Positions 1-7,994 of a stretch of 64,000 bases of DNA are shown here, in pieces. A model generated the notes under the pieces. It was given only the letters and a program-made list of their open reading frames with translations, was not told where the DNA came from and made no database searches. Positions within the stretch are counted from its first letter, which is position 1; each line of letters opens with the position of its first letter. Made by a program: the position numbers and the translations under genes. The stretch is taken from the NCBI GenBank assembly GCA_044229355.1, contig JBGATF010000012.1:13522-77521 (forward strand), written 5' to 3'. The stretch is from Limisphaerales bacterium (GTDB taxonomy: Bacteria; Verrucomicrobiota; Verrucomicrobiia; Limisphaerales; JADJPG01).

Positions 1-2122
1 CGGCCAGGGCGGCCACCACCGGGAAGAGGGCATCCGCGAAGGCCGGCCGCTCTTCGCATTGGCGCAGGGCTTCGCAGCGCACGGCCGGATGCGGGTCATC
101 GAGGGCCAGGGTCAGCGATTCCATCGTGAGCCCGGCGAGCATCCCCAGCGTGGCCAGCGCCTGCAGCCGGACCTGGGGTGCGTGGGTCGGCTCGAGCAGA
201 CGCCGCAGGGCGTCCACCGCGGATCGATCGCCCCGATCCACCAGGAGCCGTTGAACCAGATCGCGCTGCCGGCCGCTCGGAGTGTCCATCGCGGCCACCA
301 GCTCCGCGGATGTCATTCGCGTGAGATCCGGAATCGGGCGACGGGCCTTGCCCTCCGGCACCACGCGGTAGAGGCGCCCCTTGTCCGTGCCCGCCCGCAA
401 ATCCAGCCGCGCCTGCATCTCCGGAGAGATCCACTCCGGATGCTCCAGCACAAAGCGGTACATGTCCGCGATGTAGAGCGCCCCATCCGGGCCCACCTTC
501 GCGGTCACCGGACGAAACCAATTGTCGGTGCTCGCCAGAAATTCGCTGCGCTCCTCGCCTTTGGCCCGGTGGCTGGTGAAGCCTGCGCCCGCGCGCTCGA
601 GCACCTCGCGATGCACCACGTTGTGCACAGGTTCGCAGGCAAATACGGTCGTGGCAAAGTCCGGCCCGAAGAGATCATCCCGATACGGGCACGGGCTGCA
701 GCCGCTGGTCACGTGGTTCAACGACTGCGGCTGATTCGGGCGCACCATCGGCGCGCTGGCCGGAAACACACGCGTCGAATCCTCATAGTTCGCCAGCTCG
801 TGCCGCCCGCTCTTTACCGCCAGCCGCGGATTTCGACGCAGGTAATGCTCCGGCATCGTCACGTGCCAGAGCCAGGTCGGATTGTTGTTGCCGAACCAAT
901 TTCCCCAGTCATCACGCCGCCGGCCAAATTGCGTCTGCACCGACACCGTCTCGAACTCACCCGTGTCCGGATGAAACCGAAAATCCCGGCCGCTGATCGA
1001 AATCGTCTTCCCCGTGGCCGCGGACCGCACCTGGCCGCCGCTGTCTCCGTTGGCGGCGTAGATCCATCCGTCCTGGCCCCACTCAAAACCATTGAAGCGA
1101 TGCTGCTGGTTGCCCTCGACAAAGCCGGTGAACAACACCTTCTTCAGATCGGCCTTCCCATCTCCATCCGTGTCTTCCGCATAAATCAGATCCGGCGCGG
1201 CGGCGATCAGCGCCCCCTTGCGCCACGGCATCACGCTGCTCGGGAACGAAACGCCGTCCAGAAATATCGTCGCCGTCTCAAAGCGGCCGTCTCCATCCGC
1301 ATCGGCCAGAATCTTGATCACGCCGCCCGGCTGGCCGTGCCCGTCGAGCCCCAGCGGGTAATCCCGCATCTCCACCACCCACAGCCGCCCGTCCGCCCCC
1401 CAGTCAAACGCCACCGGGTCCACCACCACCGGCTCGGCCGCCACCAGTTCGACCCGGAAGCCAGCCCGCACCCGAAAGCTGGCCAGAGCTTCCTCTGGCG
1501 ACTTCGGCGGCGGCATGTCAAACGCGATCAGATCCTTTAGCCAAATGCGCTGGGGCGGAACCGGCTCGCGCCCGCCCGCCGGCCGCTGAATCACCAAATC
1601 ACCAGCGTCCACCCGGACGTCAGCACCCACCAGCGACGGCGGCTCCGCCTTCCCCCCCGTCCGCGGCCCAGCGCGCACAAACTGCGACCAGCCGCGATTC
1701 CACCCCAGGTCCCGTCTCACCACTTTCGACCAAAGATAAATCCCGTACCGCCCGGCGTTGGAAAACAGAACGTCGTCGAAGCCATCTCCGTTCAGATCCA
1801 CCAGCCGCAGCCCGGCGTCCCGCCCGGCGGCGTCGAACGCCACCACGCCTTCCGGCAGGGCAAAGTTGGCCTGCTCCCATTTCTCATTGGTGCGATTCCA
1901 GACCTGGATCTCATTGGTGCCCGGGTTGCTGGTCAGCCGTTCCTGGACGCCGTCGTGATCGACGTCATGATAAAAAGTCGCCGGAGGCACCACGGCGGGC
2001 ATCGGCTGGGCGCGGAGGGAAAGCCCGCCGGCGCCGACCAGCGCAAGCCAGGTCAAAAGCCACGGCCCCACCCAGGCCGCCATCGGCCTGGCCAATCGCA
2101 ATTTCTTCAACGGGTTTGTCAT
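1..2122 (-). CDS. Membrane-bound dehydrogenase-domain / HEAT-repeat protein (PVC type), 3' end outside window
   Basis: Absent from the ORF track because its stop lies left of the window. Hand translation of the minus strand from ATG 2122-2120 stays open to position 2. It reads MTNPLKKLRLARPMAAWVGPWLLTWLALVGAGG (signal/anchor) ... VDLNGDGFDDVLFSN ... FRVELVAAEPVVVDPVAFDWGADGRLWVVEMRDYP ... DNWFRPVTAKVGPDGALYIADMYRFV ... HEAT-like LQALATLGML/DDPHPAVRCEAL. This fits my memory of the Pirellula/Verrucomicrobium putative membrane-bound dehydrogenase domain family (TIGR02604-like), which usually ends in a cytochrome c domain. Track ORF 59..1540(+) is its antisense shadow. Confidence 0.8.
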   Translation of the reverse strand, partial: MTNPLKKLRLARPMAAWVGPWLLTWLALVGAGGLSLRAQPMPAVVPPATFYHDVDHDGVQERLTSNPGTNEIQVWNRTNEKWEQANFALPEGVVAFDAAGRDAGLRLVDLNGDGFDDVLFSNAGRYGIYLWSKVVRRDLGWNRGWSQFVRAGPRTGGKAEPPSLVGADVRVDAGDLVIQRPAGGREPVPPQRIWLKDLIAFDMPPPKSPEEALASFRVRAGFRVELVAAEPVVVDPVAFDWGADGRLWVVEMRDYPLGLDGHGQPGGVIKILADADGDGRFETATIFLDGVSFPSSVMPWRKGALIAAAPDLIYAEDTDGDGKADLKKVLFTGFVEGNQQHRFNGFEWGQDGWIYAANGDSGGQVRSAATGKTISISGRDFRFHPDTGEFETVSVQTQFGRRRDDWGNWFGNNNPTWLWHVTMPEHYLRRNPRLAVKSGRHELANYEDSTRVFPASAPMVRPNQPQSLNHVTSGCSPCPYRDDLFGPDFATTVFACEPVHNVVHREVLERAGAGFTSHRAKGEERSEFLASTDNWFRPVTAKVGPDGALYIADMYRFVLEHPEWISPEMQARLDLRAGTDKGRLYRVVPEGKARRPIPDLTRMTSAELVAAMDTPSGRQRDLVQRLLVDRGDRSAVDALRRLLEPTHAPQVRLQALATLGMLAGLTMESLTLALDDPHPAVRCEALRQCEERPAFADALFPVVAALA

Positions 2123-2124
2123 GT

Positions 2125-3423
2125 CTAGTAATCCGGGCTGAGTCCACTCGGGACTTTCGACGGCTCGCGCGAATCCTCCTCGCCGTCATCCAAGGCCTCG
2201 AGAAATGCCTCGAGCGCAGAAAAGTCAGCCGGATCGACATGCAGCCGTCGCAGCAGCGGATCCAGCGCTGGCGCCGACTCCGCCTCCCCGCCGTCCAGCG
2301 TTTCGCTCACGGCATCCCCCAAGGCCTCGTAAAAGACCAGCACGTCCCGCAGCGTCGACAAACTCCCATTGTGCATATACGGCGCCGTCCGGCGCAGGTT
2401 GCGCAGCGTCGGCGTGCGCATGGGCCGCCGGCCGTCGACCGTCGGATCGGACACGCCAAGGAAATGGAGCTGGTAATCCGAAAACATCGGACCGCCATGA
2501 CACTCCACACAACCGGCTTGCTTGAAAATCTGCATCCCTCGCAGCTGCTCCGCGCTCAAGGCCGCCCGGTCTCCCCGCATGAAGCGGTCGAAGGGCGTGC
2601 GGGCGTTGACCAGCGATCGCTCAAAGGTCGCCAGAGCGCGGGCCAGGTTCGCGGCGGTGATCGCGTCGCCCGACGCCTCCGGGAAGGCCCGCCGGAATCG
2701 TTCGCGATACTCGCCAATCGCGCGCACGCGGCCGAGGGCTTCCGGCACCGCCCGATCTTCCGCGCAGTTTTCGCCGCACATCTCCCCCAGCGTCCGCAAC
2801 GGAACCAACGCCTGCTGCTCGAGACCCGCCGCGCGCGCGTCCCAAAACATCGGCGCCAATTCCGCCACCGCGCCTCCGCCCGCCCCCGCCACCAGGCCAT
2901 TGAAACCCACGTTCAAGACCGTCGGCGCGTTTCGCGTCAGGGCCGAAAACGAAACCACCCGCCCCAACACCCGCGCCGGGCCGCGCCCAACCCCGCCCGT
3001 CCCGATGGGAGCCGAACGCGCGTCGGCCCAGCCAAATCTCGGATGATGGCACGTAGCGCAAGCCACATCGCGGGTCGAGGACAACACCGGATCGAAAAAC
3101 AGCAGGCGGCCCAGTTCAACCTTGGCCGGCGTGGAGAGATTGTCCCGCGCGTCCGGCGCGACCCACGGCAACGCTTCCAGCTGCATCGCGGGCGCGCCGC
3201 CCCCGGCCGGCAACAGGCCGGGCCTCTCCACGGTCTTTTCGGCCCCGGCGACGCTCAAACTGTCTGCGGCCAAAAGGTCCGCACCCCACCCGGACGTCAG
3301 CACGCATCCCAACCCCACCGACGCCATCGCCAGGCGCGCCCACCCGCCTGGGCGCAAGCCGATCCCACCGCAATTTCCTGGCGGGCTCGCTGGGTTCGGG
3401 TGGTTCATGGATTGATGGGACAC
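2125..3423 (-). CDS. Di-haem cytochrome c peroxidase (CCP/MauG family), exported
   Basis: Two CxxCH haem-c motifs (CATCH, CVECH). Family-typical stretches are LGRLLFFDPVLS, TRNAPTVLNVGFN, LRNLRRTAPYMHNGSL. There is a hydrophobic N-terminal signal. The stop at 2125 is 2 nt from the ATG of the downstream gene. The start may be GTG 3423 or ATG 3408. Confidence 0.9.
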   Translation of the reverse strand: MSHQSMNHPNPASPPGNCGGIGLRPGGWARLAMASVGLGCVLTSGWGADLLAADSLSVAGAEKTVERPGLLPAGGGAPAMQLEALPWVAPDARDNLSTPAKVELGRLLFFDPVLSSTRDVACATCHHPRFGWADARSAPIGTGGVGRGPARVLGRVVSFSALTRNAPTVLNVGFNGLVAGAGGGAVAELAPMFWDARAAGLEQQALVPLRTLGEMCGENCAEDRAVPEALGRVRAIGEYRERFRRAFPEASGDAITAANLARALATFERSLVNARTPFDRFMRGDRAALSAEQLRGMQIFKQAGCVECHGGPMFSDYQLHFLGVSDPTVDGRRPMRTPTLRNLRRTAPYMHNGSLSTLRDVLVFYEALGDAVSETLDGGEAESAPALDPLLRRLHVDPADFSALEAFLEALDDGEEDSREPSKVPSGLSPDY

Positions 3424-3498
3424 CCGGCCCGGGCGCCGGGGTGCCGCGCCGGGCGCGCTCAGGTCGCCGCGCGTGCCTGGCCCTGGATTCCCGATGTT

Positions 3499-4206
3499 TT
3501 ACAGCACTCCATAGCGATCGTAGACGGCGCGCAACGTGTCACCTCGAAACAGGTCACGGCGCGACTGGCTTTCCTTGGTGACCTTTTCGTACGCACGCGC
3601 CAGCACCTCATCCTCGACGGCGCGGGGCACCGCGACCACGCCGTCGTAGTCGGCAAAGACCAGCTCGCCCGGTCGCACCAGGACATCACCGCACCGCACA
3701 GGAACATCGTAGGCCATCACCTTGCCGCGGCCCATGCTGTCGAGCGGGCGAATGCCCGTGAAAAACACCGGGAATTTCAGGGCCATGATCTTGCGGCAGT
3801 CGCGGATGTTGCTGTCGCAAATGCAGCCGGTCGCGCCGTTGCGTCGGGCCACCGTGCTCATCAACTCGCCCCACGGAGCGTTGGTGCCGGCCGGATCGGT
3901 CGAATGAATGGCGACGTCGCCCGCCCGCAACGAGTCCATCACCTCGATTTCCATCCCGTAGGGATCCTGTTCCACCGCGTAGTCGGTATCCATCCAACGA
4001 AACGTCCGCGCCCGGCCCACGATGACACAGCAATCGGGATCCAATGGCCGGAGGCGCTGGTGCATGGCGCGATCCCGGCAGCCCAGCGCGTCGAGCACGT
4101 CGCAAACCGCGGGGACGTAAAGATGTTTGCGAATCCACGCGAATCGGCTCGCGTCGGTTTTGATTTTTCCGAAGTTTTTCATACCGTTCAACCGGACGTC
4201 TTCCAT
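3499..4206 (-). CDS. RraA-family protein (RraA / HMG-CHA class II aldolase fold)
   Basis: Core WGELMSTVARRNGATGCICDSNIRD and VRPGELVFADYDGVVAVP match the RraA/aldolase family pattern. I place the start at MEDVRLNG (ATG 4206-4204), which overlaps the upstream stop as TGATG. The track's longer N-terminus is Arg-rich and overlaps the upstream gene. Confidence 0.8.
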   Translation of the reverse strand: MEDVRLNGMKNFGKIKTDASRFAWIRKHLYVPAVCDVLDALGCRDRAMHQRLRPLDPDCCVIVGRARTFRWMDTDYAVEQDPYGMEIEVMDSLRAGDVAIHSTDPAGTNAPWGELMSTVARRNGATGCICDSNIRDCRKIMALKFPVFFTGIRPLDSMGRGKVMAYDVPVRCGDVLVRPGELVFADYDGVVAVPRAVEDEVLARAYEKVTKESQSRRDLFRGDTLRAVYDRYGVL

Positions 4207-4982
4207 CACAAGCCCGCCGCCGGTCCGGACCAGACCCACGGCTCCATCCGCTCCGCGATGGCACAATTCGCACCCAGGCCGCGCTGTTCGCAAAACCACC
4301 GGAACGTCTCGGGATTTTCCGCGTTCAGGGCCATCAAATCATAGTGATTGGGCAGGACGTAACGCGGCCGCACGGCCGCCGCGAACTCGGCCGCCTGTTC
4401 CGGGTTGGGGTTGCCCCATTTACCATTGATGGGCACCAGCATCACGTCCGGCCCACGCGGCGCCGCAGCCAGGACCAGCGGATGAAAGGCCGTGTCGCTG
4501 GTGTGATAGACCGTGCGACCATTGGCAAATCGCAGGAGGTAACCCGTCGTGTCAATCACGTCCGCGCCCGTCGGCAACGCGAAGACACCGCAGATCTCCA
4601 CCCCGGCCACCACCCGGGTCTCGCCCGCGTCGAGCCGCACGATCTGCGCCGGGGGCACGCCGCACTCCGGCAGGCGGGCCGCCGTCAGGCGCGGAGCCAC
4701 ATACCACGTGGACGACCGGGCCGGGCCGCGACGGAGGGTTTCCGGATCGAGATGGTCCAGGTGCGTGTGGGTGATCAAACAAAGGTCGGCGCGCAGTTCA
4801 TCCGGCGCGATGGGCGGCGGAAACAATCGGGCGAATCGTCCGGCCTCGCCCGCCGCGGAATCGGTCAGATACGGATCGATCACGGCCGTGACCTCGGCCG
4901 AGCGAAAGACATAACCGGCCTGGCCCAGCCACCAGAGGGCGGCCTGCTCGGGCGCGAGCGGATGCTCCCGAATGGACTTCAT
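4206..4982 (-). CDS. MBL-fold metallo-hydrolase (UlaG/lactonase-like)
   Basis: HxHxDH motif (ITHTHLDHLD), later YHTSDT and LPNHYD metal-ligand-like positions. ATG 4982 (MKSIREHP) overlaps the upstream stop as ATGA. Confidence 0.8.
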   Translation of the reverse strand: MKSIREHPLAPEQAALWWLGQAGYVFRSAEVTAVIDPYLTDSAAGEAGRFARLFPPPIAPDELRADLCLITHTHLDHLDPETLRRGPARSSTWYVAPRLTAARLPECGVPPAQIVRLDAGETRVVAGVEICGVFALPTGADVIDTTGYLLRFANGRTVYHTSDTAFHPLVLAAAPRGPDVMLVPINGKWGNPNPEQAAEFAAAVRPRYVLPNHYDLMALNAENPETFRWFCEQRGLGANCAIAERMEPWVWSGPAAGL

Positions 4983-6133
4983 CGCGGATGAACGCAAAAG
5001 CGGCGCACGGCCTTCTCGTCAATGTCGATGCCCAGCCCCGGCCCGGTCGGGACCGGGATGAAGCCCTCGGCATCGAGGGCCACCGGGTTGCGAATGATTT
5101 CGCGCAGCATCGGGTTCTCGCAGACGTTGTACTCGAGAAAGAGTGCCCGGGGAAGAACGGCGTTGAAGTGCAGGCTCGCCGCCGTGAGCAAATCCGTCAG
5201 CCAGGCGTGGGGGCAGACATCCACCCCGGCGTGTTCGGCTTCCCAGGCGATCTTCCGGGCCTGGGTGAAGCCCCCGCACCGGCTCAGATCCGGCTGCACC
5301 ACGTCAATCCCCCCACGCTGGATCAGCTCACGAAAGCCCCAGGCCGTGGCCTCCTGCTCGCCCGCAGCCAGCCGGGTCTTCACCCCGGCCGCCTTCACCG
5401 CGGCGTAACCGTCGTAGCATTCCGGGTGGAGAAAGTCTTCCAACCAGAAGATGTCGTAGGGCTCGAGAGCGCGGCAGAGTTCGATCGCATCAAAGGCGCT
5501 GCGGTTCACCATCCAACCGGGATCCACCAGCAACGCCACCTCCGGACCCAGCGCCTTGCGCGCAGCCGCCACGAGAGCGATATCGCGCCGCCGATCCTGA
5601 CCGAAAACGCCCCAGCCAAATTTGACCGCCGTGAACCCGCGCGACCGATAAAACTCGGCGGCGCGCCGCATCGCGTCCGGCGTGGCGCGAAACAAGGTCG
5701 ACGCGTAGGCCCGCACCCGGTCGCGACGCGCCCCGCCCAAAAGCTTGTGCACCGGACGGCCCGTCGCCTTGCCCATCAAATCGTGGCAGGCCAGATCAAA
5801 TCCGGACAGCACCTGCAGGGCGACGCCGCGGCGTCCGTAGTAAATCGTCCCCCGGTAAACCTTGTCCCAGAGTCGTTCCACCTCGAATGGATCCTCGCCC
5901 AGAACCAGCGAGCGCAGCCCTTCGAACACCCCCGCGCCACTCGCGGGCGCCTGGACCACCGCCGCGGCCACGTGCGGCGCCGTCTCCACGTCCGACCAGC
6001 CCACCAACCCTTCATCCGTCGTCACCTTTAACAGCAGACAGTGCTTCACCCCATGCGCCTCGTCGCTGCCGGCCGGCGGCCGGTTTTCGTAGGGTGACTC
6101 CAGGATGAACGCTTCGACGTCGGTGATCTTCAT
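4979..6133 (-). CDS. Enolase-superfamily enzyme (mandelate racemase/muconate-lactonizing family, acid-sugar dehydratase-like)
   Basis: MKITDVEAF... N-terminal capping domain. Barrel motifs are KFGWG, LLVDPGW, FWLEDF, AAGEQE, IDVVQPD, CPHAW. ATG 6133 lies 2 nt after the upstream stop. Confidence 0.9.
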   Translation of the reverse strand: MKITDVEAFILESPYENRPPAGSDEAHGVKHCLLLKVTTDEGLVGWSDVETAPHVAAAVVQAPASGAGVFEGLRSLVLGEDPFEVERLWDKVYRGTIYYGRRGVALQVLSGFDLACHDLMGKATGRPVHKLLGGARRDRVRAYASTLFRATPDAMRRAAEFYRSRGFTAVKFGWGVFGQDRRRDIALVAAARKALGPEVALLVDPGWMVNRSAFDAIELCRALEPYDIFWLEDFLHPECYDGYAAVKAAGVKTRLAAGEQEATAWGFRELIQRGGIDVVQPDLSRCGGFTQARKIAWEAEHAGVDVCPHAWLTDLLTAASLHFNAVLPRALFLEYNVCENPMLREIIRNPVALDAEGFIPVPTGPGLGIDIDEKAVRRFCVHPR

Positions 6134-6135
6134 GG

Positions 6136-7113
6136 TCAATCCGGAAAGGTCAGGGCGACTTTCAAGGCCCGGTCATGCCCGTCGCGCGCCAGCGCAATCG
6201 CCTCACGCCAGCGGCCGAACGGCCACGCGTGCGTGACGATCTCGGCCAGGGCCAGGCCCGGATCCCCAAGGCAGGCCAGCGCCTCGTCGAGCCGCTCTTC
6301 GTCATTGCAGGCGCCCACAATCTCCTGCTCGCGCAAATGCAGCGTCACGAGTTCCAACGGGACCGCATCCGGCAATGCGCTGAAGATGACCAGCCGTCCG
6401 CGGGGACGCAAGGCGGCCAGACACTCCCGCGCCGCGTCCCCGGAACTGACCGCGAGAATCGCCACATCCGAGGCGCCCTTCGGCGCGGCCTGCGCCGTGA
6501 CCACGCCGGGGATTCGCGCCAGACGAAACGGCTGACGGCCCACGACCGTGACCGTGCGCGCCCCGGCCCGTCGCGCCAGCCGCGCCAGGATGTTGCCGAA
6601 CGGCCCATCGCCCGCGACGAGCACCTCCCGCTCACGCACGTCGCCCGCGCGCGCGATGGCCTGCAGGCAGACGGCGACCGGCTCGAGCAACGCGCCCACG
6701 ACCGGCGAAATTCCATCCGGCAACGCGCGGACGCGGTCGGCCCGCTGCACAAAAAACTCGGCAAAGGCCCCGTCCCGATCGCAGCCGAGGTGCCCCATCC
6801 GCTGGCACAGATGGCCGAAGCCACGCCCGCACTCGGCGCACTCGCCACAGGGAACGACCGGATGGACGGCCACGCGCGTGCCCGGCGGGAGATGCCCCGC
6901 CTCGGCGCCGGCGGCCGCCACCACGCCCGACGCCTCGTGTCCCAGCACCCGCGGCAGGGCCAGCCCAAACGGGTTGCGGGCGATGTCGTGCAGGTCCGAT
7001 GTGCAGATCGTCGCAGCCAATGTCCGGATCAAAACGTCGCGGGGCCCCGGCGCCGGCACCGGCAACGAGGTCGCCGCGAGCTCGCCCACCCGGCGCAGTT
7101 GCAACGCCTGCAT
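6136..7113 (-). CDS. Zinc-dependent medium-chain dehydrogenase (MDR; sorbitol/threonine-dehydrogenase-like)
   Basis: Catalytic-zinc motif GHEASG, structural-zinc motif CGECAECGRGFGHLC, and nucleotide-binding VLVAGDGPFG. The real start is MQALQL at ATG 7113. The 112-codon N-terminal extension in the track ORF (to 7449) overlaps the amidohydrolase gene and is Arg/Pro-rich. Confidence 0.9.
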   Translation of the reverse strand: MQALQLRRVGELAATSLPVPAPGPRDVLIRTLAATICTSDLHDIARNPFGLALPRVLGHEASGVVAAAGAEAGHLPPGTRVAVHPVVPCGECAECGRGFGHLCQRMGHLGCDRDGAFAEFFVQRADRVRALPDGISPVVGALLEPVAVCLQAIARAGDVREREVLVAGDGPFGNILARLARRAGARTVTVVGRQPFRLARIPGVVTAQAAPKGASDVAILAVSSGDAARECLAALRPRGRLVIFSALPDAVPLELVTLHLREQEIVGACNDEERLDEALACLGDPGLALAEIVTHAWPFGRWREAIALARDGHDRALKVALTFPD

Positions 7114-7127
7114 GGTGGAAGGCAAGG

Positions 7128-7994
7128 TCACGAGGGCTTCACCCCGCCGGGCTTGGCGAGCCCGAGCAAGGCCAGGGAGTCGCGGTGGATGATGCCTTCC
7201 ACCACCTCGGACGGAATGGCCGGAAGGCCACTCTGGGCGAGAATCGCGTTGACGGCCCGGACGCCCGCGAGCGAACCGCCGGTGGTGGTGAAGGGGAAAT
7301 CCGATCCGAAGAGAACTTTGTGCTCCGTCCGATACTCCACGACCAGGCGGAGCGAATTGTAAAACTGCCACGGGCGATAATAGAGCGCCGACAGATCGGC
7401 GTAGACATGGGGATGCCGGCGGATGACCGCAATCGTCTCGCCCTCCCACGGATGTCCCAGATGGGCGAGCACCATCCGCAATTCAGGAAACGCCACGGCG
7501 ACCGCATCAAAGTGCACGGGCCGCGAGTAATCGAGCAGGGTTCCGCCGACAAACGACGTGCCCACGTGGAAGAGAACCGGCAATTGATGCCGCGAACAGT
7601 AGCGGTAGATCTCGCGGCAGGCCGGGTCGAGCGGATGCACCCCCTGGTAGAGCGGCGCGAGTTTGACGCCGACGGCGCCCAAGTCCCGATGGCAGCGTTC
7701 GAGTTCCGCGAGGCAATCGCCCCGCGCCGGATCGACCGCCGCAAAGAACAACAGGCGCTCCGGCGCCCGCGCCACCTGCGCCGCCACCGCATCATTCGGG
7801 ATGTTCCATCCGGTCGCCTGGGCCTGCAGCCCGAAAACCACCGCCACGTCCGCAGCCCGCGTGCTCTCCAAATGACGCTCACCAACGTCGCCCCACGCGG
7901 CCGGATCCACGCCGCACCGGGCCAGGTCCGCGCGCAGGCCCGGCCCGAAATCGATCTCCGGTCGAAAGTAATGCGTATGAATGTCGACGATCAT
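7128..7994 (-). CDS. Amidohydrolase-2 family metal-dependent hydrolase (TIM barrel; lactonase/decarboxylase-type)
   Basis: N-terminal MIVDIHTHY (HxH), VLFHVG, VLAHLGHPW, and C-terminal FGSDFPF acid residue, the typical amidohydrolase_2 layout. Its ATG overlaps the GH2 stop (ATGA). Confidence 0.85.
   Translation of the reverse strand: MIVDIHTHYFRPEIDFGPGLRADLARCGVDPAAWGDVGERHLESTRAADVAVVFGLQAQATGWNIPNDAVAAQVARAPERLLFFAAVDPARGDCLAELERCHRDLGAVGVKLAPLYQGVHPLDPACREIYRYCSRHQLPVLFHVGTSFVGGTLLDYSRPVHFDAVAVAFPELRMVLAHLGHPWEGETIAVIRRHPHVYADLSALYYRPWQFYNSLRLVVEYRTEHKVLFGSDFPFTTTGGSLAGVRAVNAILAQSGLPAIPSEVVEGIIHRDSLALLGLAKPGGVKPS

Noticed and set aside
59-1540. 493-aa plus-strand ORF at the left edge
   Set aside because: Its translation is Arg/His/Pro-rich with no motif. 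The minus strand in the same region translates into a recognisable dehydrogenase-domain/HEAT protein, so this ORF is an antisense shadow.
2116-4344. 742-aa plus-strand ORF
   Set aside because: It runs antisense across three well-supported minus-strand genes (peroxidase, RraA-like, MBL start). Its composition is a typical high-GC shadow (R, P, A, G, H).
6136-7449. N-terminal extensions of track ORFs 6136..7449 and 12098..13843
   Set aside because: The extensions overlap upstream genes, are Arg/Pro-rich, and precede canonical family N-termini (MQALQL..., MKSREHS...RRDFLK) that start at good ATGs.
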